From contig CAXXMV010000008.1 of assembly GCA_963662285.2 (NCBI GenBank), forward strand, positions 1,440,001 through 1,504,000: a stretch of DNA of 64,000 nt, written 5' to 3'. Shown here one piece after another: positions 1 to 9,576 of the stretch (position 1 is the first letter of the stretch; every line of letters begins with the position of its first letter). Below the pieces are notes generated by a model. It saw nothing but the letters and a program-made list of their open reading frames with translations, searched no databases and was not told where the DNA came from. The position numbers and the translations under genes were made by a program. Origin of the DNA: a bacterium (GTDB lineage: Bacteria > Hinthialibacterota > Hinthialibacteria > Hinthialibacterales > Hinthialibacteraceae).

Positions 1-676
1 GGCGGTCTCGATATTCAGTTTCAACTAGTTCGTGTATGACTCCAGAATCACACAACACCAATTGAGGCGCTTCGGTGGAAAGCGCAATACTCTGATGTTC
101 CAACGATTGGCAATCCAGACAGAGGAAAGAATCCTTTTTACCGAAGAAAGAAGAGAATTGATCCAAAAGACCGCAAGGCATTCCAACAAATTCATTTTCA
201 GCCGCACGACATAATTTGGCCATTTCCATGGTTTCCATCTGGTAGGGATAGAGCGCCTTAACTATTAACGCCGTAGCAGCTTCTAGAGCAGCGGAGCTGC
301 TAATTCCACCGCCAATCGGTAAATCGCCTCCGATCACAACCCTAAAACCACCAAATTTAACGCCTTTATTTTTCAGCTGAACCAAGACGCCTTTAAGGTA
401 ATTCGACCAGATATGAGCAGGGTCTTGTTGAATATCATTTAGCGAAAAAGTTGTTTCATCATCCATCGCTATTGAATAAAGCGTAACCATAGAATCATCA
501 CGCGGTTCAGCCTGGATGATAACCGTTTTATCGATGGCGACAGAGAAAACGTATCCTCCATTATAATCAGTATGATTCCCCAGAACCTCAACACGCCCCG
601 GCGCCTGGCTGACAGCTTTTGGTTCGCTTTTATATCGCTCTTTATAGACAGACTCGCAGATGGCTTGAGCGGTCAT
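1..676 (-). CDS. galK: Galactokinase (3' end runs off window; absent from the ORF track)
   Basis: Manual translation from ATG 676: MTAQAICESVYKERYKSEPKAVSQAPGRVEVLGNHTDYNGGYVFSVAIDK (galactokinase signature), plus GHMP motif LPIGGGISSSAA; lies directly downstream of galE. Confidence 0.92.
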   Translation of the reverse strand, partial: MTAQAICESVYKERYKSEPKAVSQAPGRVEVLGNHTDYNGGYVFSVAIDKTVIIQAEPRDDSMVTLYSIAMDDETTFSLNDIQQDPAHIWSNYLKGVLVQLKNKGVKFGGFRVVIGGDLPIGGGISSSAALEAATALIVKALYPYQMETMEMAKLCRAAENEFVGMPCGLLDQFSSFFGKKDSFLCLDCQSLEHQSIALSTEAPQLVLCDSGVIHELVETEYRDR

Positions 677-707
677 TTATATCTCTCCCTTATTATGAAA
701 CTTAAAA

Positions 708-1655
708 TTATTCTTCTGAATTGATCTTGTCTTTAAAAAATTCTACCGTACGACGAAGCCCTTCATCAGCATTAAATTCCGGCGACCAATTTAGATGCTT
801 TTTGATTTTCTGGTTGGACAAACAAGAGTGCAGAACATCTCCTGGCCGCGGATCTGCATATATTGGTTTTTGAGTCGAACCAGCATGTTTTGCGATTAAA
901 TCGAAGATAGTATTTATATTGGTTTGAATCTGAGTGCTGACATTGAAGGCCGGGAAAATTGCAGCATCAATGTCCGCATCCATCGCAGCTATATTGGCGC
1001 TGGCCACATCTTCAACAAAAACGAAATCACGAGTTTGTTGGCCGTCTCCATAAATTAAGGCCTCTTTTCCTTTGAGCAGATGTTCGCAGAATATCGACGC
1101 AACACCCGCTTCTCCATGGGGGTCCTGGCGTGGACCATAAACATTGGCATATCGAAGCGCAACGAAATCAATGCCGAATTGATAGCGGTAATAGTACAAG
1201 TAACGCTCAACTACGTATTTACTTATTCCATAAGGCGAGACGCCATAAGTTGAACCTTCTTCGACCAGCGGCAGAGATTCCGGTTCGCCGTACGATGCCC
1301 CGGATGAAGCGTACACTACCCGTTCAACATTATATTTACGGCAATACTCCAACAGATTAATCGAACCTAAAATATTGAGTTGAGCATCCATCTCCGGTTC
1401 ACGAACCGAGACTGAAACGCTCACTTGAGCTGCATGATGAAATACAATCTGGGGATGTTCCTTTTCGAATATTGACTCCAGATCATAACAAATATCCGCT
1501 TCGTACAGAGTGACTTCGTCAGGTAGATACTCCCGTTTTCCCGAACTGAGATCATCGACCACGGCAACGCTATGCCCTTGCGCCACTAAAAGACCAACAA
1601 TATGAGAACCGATAAATCCCGCTCCTCCAGTAACCAAACAGCGCTTTTTACCCAT
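708..1655 (-). CDS. galE: UDP-glucose 4-epimerase / NAD-dependent epimerase
   Basis: VTGGAGFIG, YGISK (YxxxK), RYANVYGPRQDPHGEAGV, RDFVFV; start placed at ATG 1655 after GGGGAG. Confidence 0.88.
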   Translation of the reverse strand: MGKKRCLVTGGAGFIGSHIVGLLVAQGHSVAVVDDLSSGKREYLPDEVTLYEADICYDLESIFEKEHPQIVFHHAAQVSVSVSVREPEMDAQLNILGSINLLEYCRKYNVERVVYASSGASYGEPESLPLVEEGSTYGVSPYGISKYVVERYLYYYRYQFGIDFVALRYANVYGPRQDPHGEAGVASIFCEHLLKGKEALIYGDGQQTRDFVFVEDVASANIAAMDADIDAAIFPAFNVSTQIQTNINTIFDLIAKHAGSTQKPIYADPRPGDVLHSCLSNQKIKKHLNWSPEFNADEGLRRTVEFFKDKINSEE

Positions 1656-1693
1656 TATACGCTCCCCAAAAAAACTATATATAACCAAAAACG

Positions 1694-1876
1694 TAACAGG
1701 TCAGCCATATGAATTAGTAACATTATAACTATGCTTTATACAAGGCTTTTTATTAAAATTCTCCCCCCAAGTTTGGGGGGAGTTAGGAGGGGGGTTGCGT
1801 TTCAACGAATCAACCCCCACCTAACCTCCCCCAGGCTTGGGGGAGGGATAACGCACTTCAATTGGCTGACCTGTTA
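1694..1876. mobile_element. MITE-like element with 14-bp terminal inverted repeats enclosing REP-like hairpins
   Basis: TAACAGGTCAGCCA (1694-1707) pairs with TGGCTGACCTGTTA (1863-1876); internal G/C hairpins at 1761-1782 and 1825-1847; no ORF. Confidence 0.65.
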
Positions 1877-1918
1877 ACAAAAAACCTTATATGTTATCAC
1901 AATACTACCGAGTAAATA

Positions 1919-3925
1919 CTATTTTTCAGGAAAAATGCATGATAGCCGATAGAACATCGTCCCGTGAACCCCTGCGCGAAAGGAGAGTTTCCCGTCTTCG
2001 TATTGGTAAGGAATTGTTTTGATGATTTCTCCATTTCCATCTATGGCCTGGACTATCCAATTGGAGTATTGCGTCGTAATAAACAGGCGCACTGGAGTTT
2101 CACGGAGTAAGATAGGCGCCTTGCCGACATTGGTTACGCCCAGCATCCCTCCACCGGCAGGTTCACTTTGAAAATCTAGATTTTTAGCTTGCGAGACAAC
2201 CGTAATCCATATTTCCTTTGAATCAGGCAGCGCTTTATCATCCAGACTGCTGGCGCTGACTACAGCGAAATCTTCTTCGCTTAGCACATCTAAATGCGCT
2301 AATTCGCCAAAACCAAGTTTACTTAAACGACCAATAACCGCCTGGGTTTGAGAAGCATCAATCAACACCAGACCACGTTTCACATCACGCCGCAGCATTG
2401 ACTTGGGATTGGCTTCCAATAAATACGCGCCAATATCCTCCGGTTGAGTCGGGCTAAAAATTGAAGCCCTTGAGGAACGAATGCCTAACTTGACCGAAAC
2501 TCCAACCGTTTCCACTAACCGGGTAGTCATGCAAGATGAGGGAGTTACAGGTTTATCGGCAAATATTATCGATTCGGGTACAGCCATAAAAACCTGCTTC
2601 GTGGCTGGTTTCAATCCCCCGCGGTGAAACAACAAGGCGGCGGAGGGCATCAGACCAAAGACGCATGGATCATTAAACGATTCGAAAGGCGCCGTCATGA
2701 AATCCACGTCTGGATCATGAAAAGAACGATAGGTCGAGGAGATGCATCCCCGCCATCCCTGAAAACAAGCCATGGCCGCCATCCACAACGGCAATTCCGC
2801 CCGGTAATCACCAGGCCAAGGATTGCCCCATTTGGAGACTACGAAAGGTTTTTGCGATATGCGGGAAAAAGCCAATTCAGAGAACAGATTCCCTTCCCTG
2901 ACTGGATCAGTATCAGCCATCCGCCGGTTGCCATAAGCCTGAACCGGTATATATGGAGGATTCCAAATAGCTTCAGCATGAACGAAATCGAGCGATGCGG
3001 CTGGATTCAAATCGACGGTTGAGATGACGGAATTGGTGGATGTTATGGGCGCTTTAATGCTGAATTGCCGCAAAAAATTGAAGAAACCAGTGACGCTTTC
3101 CTCCATCACGATGGACAGAAAGCGCCGCATATTCGGGGTTGGCGATTTCCAGGTAAATTCCGGCGGTTCGTCTAGTTTTTCTTTTTGAAGCCATTTTCCC
3201 CAATGTTCATTAAACTGATCGCTATAAGGTTGAATCCGTGGTCGATCAAGGTTCAGATTATTATCATTAAACAACTCGGTTAACACAATGGAGGGATTGT
3301 CGCGGTATTGACTATCGATATAACGGCTGCGATGCGACCAAAATGCTTCAAGAAAATCCTGATGCAACAACTGCATTTCCGGAACAAAATAGATATAGCC
3401 TTTCAATCCGGGCGGCAGAAATTTCCAGGAGAGAATGTCATCTTCCTTTTTCAATTGCCGGGAAGTCAAACCGTCAAACCATGCATATATCCCACGGTTT
3501 TCCAATTGATACAAGAAAAAATCCAGACGATCCAGGGCTTCCTGATTTAATAATTGGTTTTTTGACGGATCAAGTTCAAACAGGTTCGGTTCAGCCCAAC
3601 CAGCGTCAATCTGATGGAAACGAACCAGGTTAATGCCAAAACGGGATAATCGGTCTGCAATCACAGGCGCCTGTTCTGGCGTTGGAAAACAACCTGAGCC
3701 TGAAACAGTTGTTCCCCATATCCTGAATTCCACGCCATCCTGGAAAACGAATTTGCCGTTTTTAATATCTAAAAAGCCATGCTTCCCTGCGGGAGGATCA
3801 AGAAGAAATGAGAGATTGACCGGAGCGGCGTCCCATTGCATGGAGAATGGCCGCCAAGAATCTGCATAAGAAGTGCTTTGACAGAGAAAAACCACAACAA
3901 TAAAACGCCATGCAATACTATTCAT
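1919..3925 (-). CDS. Secreted GH5/clan-A-like TIM-barrel protein, catalytic residues apparently substituted
   Basis: Signal peptide; PAGKHGFL...GINLVRFH...LDRLDFFLYQL..RGIY pattern; ELFND and VVSKW where NE and SE are expected. Confidence 0.7.
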   Translation of the reverse strand: MNSIAWRFIVVVFLCQSTSYADSWRPFSMQWDAAPVNLSFLLDPPAGKHGFLDIKNGKFVFQDGVEFRIWGTTVSGSGCFPTPEQAPVIADRLSRFGINLVRFHQIDAGWAEPNLFELDPSKNQLLNQEALDRLDFFLYQLENRGIYAWFDGLTSRQLKKEDDILSWKFLPPGLKGYIYFVPEMQLLHQDFLEAFWSHRSRYIDSQYRDNPSIVLTELFNDNNLNLDRPRIQPYSDQFNEHWGKWLQKEKLDEPPEFTWKSPTPNMRRFLSIVMEESVTGFFNFLRQFSIKAPITSTNSVISTVDLNPAASLDFVHAEAIWNPPYIPVQAYGNRRMADTDPVREGNLFSELAFSRISQKPFVVSKWGNPWPGDYRAELPLWMAAMACFQGWRGCISSTYRSFHDPDVDFMTAPFESFNDPCVFGLMPSAALLFHRGGLKPATKQVFMAVPESIIFADKPVTPSSCMTTRLVETVGVSVKLGIRSSRASIFSPTQPEDIGAYLLEANPKSMLRRDVKRGLVLIDASQTQAVIGRLSKLGFGELAHLDVLSEEDFAVVSASSLDDKALPDSKEIWITVVSQAKNLDFQSEPAGGGMLGVTNVGKAPILLRETPVRLFITTQYSNWIVQAIDGNGEIIKTIPYQYEDGKLSFRAGVHGTMFYRLSCIFPEK

Positions 3926-4124
3926 TAATAAATCCTGAAAAAATGAAATTACGATAATCTTATACAATTATTTATTCATCGTAATCAGCAATGACCTTAC
4001 CAATATAACGAATTATCAACAGTTATTGAAAAGTTTTTTGAAGTCCTAATACCAGAGAAAGTTTTCTAGAACTGAATTATAAAGTTTATCCAGTTAGCCA
4101 TAATCATTGAATTCACATTACTGA

Positions 4125-4713
4125 TTATAAACAATAACTAGAATTAGAAGATTTAGTATCGAGATCAACACAGAAAACATAAGTCTCTCCGTTGTTTATA
4201 AAAGAAAAAGTGATGGTTATACATAAATTGCCAGACGCTAATGAGATATAGGGTTCACTGACATATTTTTTCATTCCGATCATAACAAAAAAGAAATACT
4301 GCTTTATAGAGTGATCAGTTCCTTTGGGCGCAGGTGAAAAGAGGGTTTGATTACGGGAGAAATAGGTCTCCTGTTTGTTCAATACAGTGTCAGTGATTTG
4401 CACTCCTTTATCGTTAAGAATATATATGCACTCAAATGATGGATGATTATTGATCCACTCAATCAACCTGGTTTCAAATTGATCGTAGTTGATCCTGGAG
4501 AATTCATAGATAAGGTGGGATATAACCGTATCGTAGTGTTGAAATTGAGCCATTCTATTTCCAAATTTATTCAGGGTGAATTTTTTAAAATTGATGGCTG
4601 TTTCGTCAATGACCGGTTGAATACTGGCGTTTTGTTCGGTTTCCGCCGGATTGGCGGGATATGCGAAAAAATACCCCTGAAGAATATCTGCTCCCAATTC
4701 CAAACAGTAAATA
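4125..4713 (-). pseudogene. 3' fragment of EAL-domain gene (end of EAL plus YkuI-like C-terminal sensor domain), split by IS5
   Basis: LGADILQGYFFAYP ends the EAL domain; IYILNDKGVQIT...GTDHS...VSEPYISLASG is YkuI C-terminal-like; joins 6480-7135 in frame once the IS is removed. Confidence 0.88.
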
Positions 4714-6473
4714 GGGCTTGCTGAAAAACGTTTTCAACTACCGAAGATTATAATCTTCGGTAGTGACTCAGGGCGATGTACGAACGGGATCACTGCCGAA
4801 TGAACTTTGATTGCTGAAAAAATTGATCCAGCGTCTCCATTTTGATTTGATAAGCGTTTGAAGCGCCTCTTGTATTACCTCAATCCACAAATCGATAAAC
4901 AAAAAGAACCGATTTAAATTACCCAGTCGTGAAATCTTATGCAGATTCATTACGAACAGGTTCAATCCGATAACCGTCAGTGAGGTTTCTGCCAGTTTAG
5001 CCATGATTCTCGCCAAGCCGAAGCGACGTTTTCCCTCTCCAAATTTTCCTTCAATGGCAACACGATCTATTTCATCTTGCCGGGCGAGTTGCTTTTGTTC
5101 CCGGCGAATGATTTTATCTTTGACGGGACGTCCCATCGCTGGGCCGGATATTCTAATACCATATTTTTTGCAATAATCCCTATTACTTTTGTTCCGGTAA
5201 ATTTGATCTACATGAACCGATTCAGGAAAGAAACCAAAATGGTGGCGAAAGTTTTTTATCGTTTGAATCAAATCTGTTGACTCGTTGAAATTGTTCCAAT
5301 CAATTCTTTCCATAAACGCGAATCCATTGACCAGACTGAGATTTAGTTTTGCGCCAAACTCCGTCTCGGCATTGGCTTTGCCGCGTTTAATGGGACGCAC
5401 ATACGGAAACCAAATACTGACAATCCTGTCAGCAATACGCTTTTGTTTCGAGTCATACATGATTTTTTGTTGTCGATATAATTCGCTGATCACCAACAGC
5501 GCCCGATAGAGGTTCCGTTTCAAAACACCTAGGGAAACAGTCTGCGAGAGAGTTTTTATATGCGCCAGATTTCTATTCACATAACCCAATTGTTTACGAA
5601 TGGCTCGACGAATTACTTTGTATGGATTTCTTTTTTTCTTGGAGATAGCAAGATATTCTTTACGTGCATTTTCACGATAGGTACGTGGTTTCTTGCTGCC
5701 GTCCGGGCGTTCCTGATGGAGCCGATCAATTATCGCTTCCGTTTTTTCACGCGCTTCGTTGAGTAAATTCAAATCGGTGGGGTAACGAATATCGGCTGGA
5801 GTGCAAGTCGCATCGATCAATAACTTGCCCCGGTTCTCAACCTCGAAAGTTTCATTGCCATCCTTATTGGACGTCGATTCATCTGATAACTTCATGGAAT
5901 CTTTTGGAACGTCATCATCTTCATCTGATGATTTATCATCTTTGGGTTTCGCCGCCGCCAAGGTCATCGCTTCGTTAATTTTATTCATCGATTCGACGGG
6001 AAAACGTTTGCGGAAATGAACCATCATGGAAGCATCAAAAGGTTCTCCGGTTTGAAAACCGTCCAATCCGATAAAAAACTGGAGATAAGGATTTTCACGG
6101 ATCTGTTCGACAGTTTCACGATCTGATGCTTTGAGTTCTTCTTTGATAACCAAAGAGCCAAATGCCATTCGGGCGGTCAGAGCCGGACAACCAGTCGTCG
6201 AGCCGCTTAACTTATTTTTGTATTCACGCTCAACCACCTCCCAGGGAATCATGGCCGCTTTTTTCACCCAGCGATTATCGGGATCAAGATAACCGCCAAA
6301 GGGCAAACCAAATTCGGGAAACATCGGAGTAAAAGAGTCGTTTTTATACATCTTTATCCACTCTCAAGTGCAAAGGTTTTAAGGGTTTTATGTAATTCCC
6401 CTTGCAGGATTCATAGAATGAGTGTAGCATAAACTATTCATTTGTCAAGACTTCCATCTAAAACAGCAAGCCC
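4714..6473 (-). mobile_element. IS5-family insertion sequence, 1760 bp
   Basis: Terminal inverted repeats GGGCTTGCTG / CAGCAAGCCC; flanking direct repeat TAAATA at 4708-4713 and 6474-6479; encloses a transposase. Confidence 0.92.
4768..6351 (-). CDS. IS5-family DDE transposase
   Basis: PFGG.L..NRWV...IPW, ENPYLQFFIG, LLIDAT, RPIKRGK, EFGAK, DQIY, IEGKFGEGKRRFGL. Confidence 0.93.
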   Translation of the reverse strand: MYKNDSFTPMFPEFGLPFGGYLDPDNRWVKKAAMIPWEVVEREYKNKLSGSTTGCPALTARMAFGSLVIKEELKASDRETVEQIRENPYLQFFIGLDGFQTGEPFDASMMVHFRKRFPVESMNKINEAMTLAAAKPKDDKSSDEDDDVPKDSMKLSDESTSNKDGNETFEVENRGKLLIDATCTPADIRYPTDLNLLNEAREKTEAIIDRLHQERPDGSKKPRTYRENARKEYLAISKKKRNPYKVIRRAIRKQLGYVNRNLAHIKTLSQTVSLGVLKRNLYRALLVISELYRQQKIMYDSKQKRIADRIVSIWFPYVRPIKRGKANAETEFGAKLNLSLVNGFAFMERIDWNNFNESTDLIQTIKNFRHHFGFFPESVHVDQIYRNKSNRDYCKKYGIRISGPAMGRPVKDKIIRREQKQLARQDEIDRVAIEGKFGEGKRRFGLARIMAKLAETSLTVIGLNLFVMNLHKISRLGNLNRFFLFIDLWIEVIQEALQTLIKSKWRRWINFFSNQSSFGSDPVRTSP

Positions 6474-7135
6474 TAAATAGATTCTTCTATACATTCTATT
6501 CCTTCCGCTATAACCAACGCTCCGAACTTGTGAGATAAATTAATTAGTGATTTGACCATTTGCTGTTTATGGTAATGCTGGTGAATATCCTGAATGAGGG
6601 ATCGATCAAGTTTTAGAATATCAGGCTTGATAAGCGTAATCCGGTCAAGATTGGAATGACCTTTGCCAAAATCGTCCAGCGCTATGAGCACTCCATGTTT
6701 TCTGGCTTGGTTGATGAAATTGAGTACAGCATCAGTGTTGCTAATTTTGCTTTCCAGAATTTCAATAACTATGGAACAATGATCCAAATTAAATTTATCG
6801 ATGCAGTCCAAAATGTATTGCAGGTTATTGGATTCTTCGCTAATCAATGTTGTTTCGTAATTGATTGTTAGAAAAGTCTTGGATTTTTTATGATTTGAAA
6901 AAGTTTCCAACGCTTTTTCAATGCAAAGTTGATTAAATTCACCAAGAAGATTGTGCTTGTTTGCCTCAGAGAATAATTGATAAGGCTGAATAATTTGATC
7001 GTCAACAAATCCACGGACCAATGCTTCAAATCCTACGATTTTTTTCTTCTGGACCGAAACAAGCGGTTGAAAAAAGGGAATAATTCTCTTTTCATCTACA
7101 ATTTTACGAATATCGATGAGATTCTGAGGCGCCAT
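6474..7135 (-). pseudogene. 5' fragment of EAL-domain c-di-GMP phosphodiesterase, truncated by IS5
   Basis: FQP, GFEALVR, EILE, ALDDFGKG, KLDRS and AEGIE motifs; stop codon created at the IS junction. Confidence 0.9.
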
Positions 7136-7571
7136 AAACTTTATGATTCACTTATCGTTAGAATATATTATAAGTCGCATTCATATAAAATAATTATACA
7201 AATTGTATTTGTATATGATAAATAATGAAGACATAAAACATATTAATTGTTTATTTTTAATGAAACAAGATAGTAGCAACTGTATAAAGAAGAGATTAAC
7301 CTCAAAAAGTTCGATTTCATTGAAAATAACATACTCACACAACTCAATTCATGCGATATTTTGGGGGAGTTTTTTTGAATGAATTTGTGTAAAAAAACTA
7401 TAACCTTGGAATATTTAAGTAAAAAAAACTATGAAAATTATACAATATTTATAAAAAAGTATTTGATTTTCCAATTATATGGACTATAATTATTCAAGTT
7501 TGATCTATAGTCTTAAGAAGTATTTGGGTTTAAAAGTAATTTTGCTGGATTGTTTTGGTAATTTATGTTAA

Positions 7572-7597
7572 AATAGAACAGTTAAAAAAGTTCTATT
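7572..7597. promoter_or_regulatory. Operator-like inverted repeat in divergent AT-rich intergenic region
   Basis: AATAGAAC-N10-GTTCTATT. Confidence 0.35.
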
Positions 7598-7720
7598 GGT
7601 TATGTAATTTAAAGATAAGTTTATTTTTAAATCCGGATAGTGTTTTATCATATTTTTTATTGGGCAATATTTTTTTCTTTTCCTCCAGGGTTGATGCAGG
7701 ACTAGGTTGTGGTTTTTAGT

Positions 7721-7742
7721 AAACGCTTATGGATGAGCGTTT
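7721..7742 (+). promoter_or_regulatory. Putative CsrA/RsmA-binding hairpin in 5' UTR
   Basis: AAACGCTT-ATGGAT-GAGCGTTT stem with ANGGAN hexaloop, just upstream of the AGGAGG SD of 7769. Confidence 0.5.
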
Positions 7743-7768
7743 GTAAATAACCAGTCCAGGAGGAAAAA

Positions 7769-8206
7769 ATGGTTCAAAAGACTACTTTGAATCAAGGGGC
7801 TTTATGGCTCCCTCGATTTCAATCGGAGATCCCTGTCAGTTTGTATATAAACGGCAAACAGGTTCCTCCAATTGAAGCGCGGGGAGAGATAATCAGTTTC
7901 AGCAGCGCATGCCTACAGATACGATGTGATAGTGAGATTCCCATACCATCGCGTGGAATTGTACGTTTTTCGGTGGATGGATCGAACGAAGAATTATCAA
8001 TGAATGTTGATTTCGTTCAACGGGTCAAAGTATCACAGCGCATGTGGCCTTGGAGTTCAAAGACCAAATACGAGATGCAAGCCGCACTTCTGAATACTTC
8101 AGGAGAGGTATTAGAAAAGTTCAAATGTTTCATCAATACTCTCGTGTTTGGACGCCGCAACTCTAAAATGATAAGTGAAGAAGAAGCAACCAGCAAAGTT
8201 GCTTGA
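7769..8206 (+). CDS. Degenerate PilZ-like domain protein
   Basis: Strong SD; PRF..EIPV...GEIISFSSACLQI beta-barrel pattern and C-terminal helix; RxxxR and DxSxxG motifs degenerate. Confidence 0.55.
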   Translation: MVQKTTLNQGALWLPRFQSEIPVSLYINGKQVPPIEARGEIISFSSACLQIRCDSEIPIPSRGIVRFSVDGSNEELSMNVDFVQRVKVSQRMWPWSSKTKYEMQAALLNTSGEVLEKFKCFINTLVFGRRNSKMISEEEATSKVA

Positions 8207-8280
8207 TAATTGCATAGCCGATATGCATGCTTGACGCTTGTTGTTAGCGCCGGATTTGTCATGCCTTGCGCTTAAATTCC

Positions 8281-9105
8281 CTAATCACTTTCCAATTGAC
8301 ATTGTGGACAGAAGTGAGAGCTGCGTCCATTAATAACCGTTCGTTGGATCTCTGCGTTACATGTTTTACATGGTTGACCGGTTAACCGGTATACGCGGTG
8401 TTTATGTTGAAACTGGCCAAAGGTTCCATCCAGTTTCTGATAGTCGCTGGTTGATGATCCGCCTGCCGCAATAGACTCTTTCAAAACTTGCTTAATATTA
8501 CGCAATAGTTGTTTAGCTTCATCATGACCAATATCTTCCGCCTTGCGCGCAGGATGAATGTTGGTTCGAAAAAGTGATTCATCCGCATAGATGTTTCCTA
8601 TTCCCGCGATTCTACGTTGATCAAGCAGGAAGGTTTTAATGGCCTGCTTGCGGTTTTGCAGCATTTCAATAAATTGAGCAGAACGCAAATCAAAGGGATC
8701 AATTCCCAGATTCTTCCATGAAGGGAAATCGGGTAAATCATCTTTGGCCAAAAGAGCGAAATACCCGAATCGCCGGGGATCCCACTGGCGCAATTCATAT
8801 TCTCCGTCATCAAAAAATATGCGTATATGAGTGTGCCTGGCCAATTCGCTTTTTGATGGCATCAACAATAACCGACCAGTCATTCCCAGGTGATGCAGCA
8901 TGACGATACCGCTTGAAAGATGAATCGCCATGATTTTGCCTTTGCGTTCTACAGATTGAATTGTCGAGCCGGATACTTTTGACCGCAGCGCATAACCGGT
9001 ATGCACATAACCTTTTCGTAGAACTTTGAGATTCTTTATCCGTCGTCCAAGAGTTAATTTTTCTAAAGATCGTTTAACTGTTTCAACTTCAGGCAGTTCA
9101 GGCAT
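8281..9105 (-). CDS. mutM: Formamidopyrimidine-DNA glycosylase
   Basis: MPELPEVE start, HLGMTG, DPRRFG, GIGNIYADE, C-terminal zinc finger CKTC...FCPQCQ. Confidence 0.97.
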   Translation of the reverse strand: MPELPEVETVKRSLEKLTLGRRIKNLKVLRKGYVHTGYALRSKVSGSTIQSVERKGKIMAIHLSSGIVMLHHLGMTGRLLLMPSKSELARHTHIRIFFDDGEYELRQWDPRRFGYFALLAKDDLPDFPSWKNLGIDPFDLRSAQFIEMLQNRKQAIKTFLLDQRRIAGIGNIYADESLFRTNIHPARKAEDIGHDEAKQLLRNIKQVLKESIAAGGSSTSDYQKLDGTFGQFQHKHRVYRLTGQPCKTCNAEIQRTVINGRSSHFCPQCQLESD

Positions 9106-9576
9106 TTGATTATCTTTCAATATCTATATATATTTTCGATAGAACCACAAAGACCGCAATTAGAGAGGATTTCATCATAAAGTTCTGATTCGCTCTATAT
9201 AAGATGAATTCAACATCATCATGGTTATTCATCTATAATACCCGCATGAAGAAAAATAACCACTATATCATGGATATTGTATATGGATGAATGCATGCCC
9301 GATCCTTGTTTTCAATAGGAGAATCCTGCCGTCTAACGTTTAACATAGGCGTTTTCATTGAATTTTCAATATTTATTCGGCTCGATTGGTATTAAATTGA
9401 TAGTGAAAAGTACATGAATAAATGAGCATGGATGCTCGACTCTGCTTGACTCTTGTAGGAAAGGGTGGAAAATATTGGTTCTTCTCAGTTCAAAGATTTA
9501 AAGTTACGATAGTATTATAAATAAGCCTCTCTGATCTTTCAGATAGGGTAATGTAATAAATTGATTCGAGTATTAA

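Noticed and set aside
25-214. Two 60-aa ORFs
   Set aside because: Both lie within galK, which the track missed because it runs off the window
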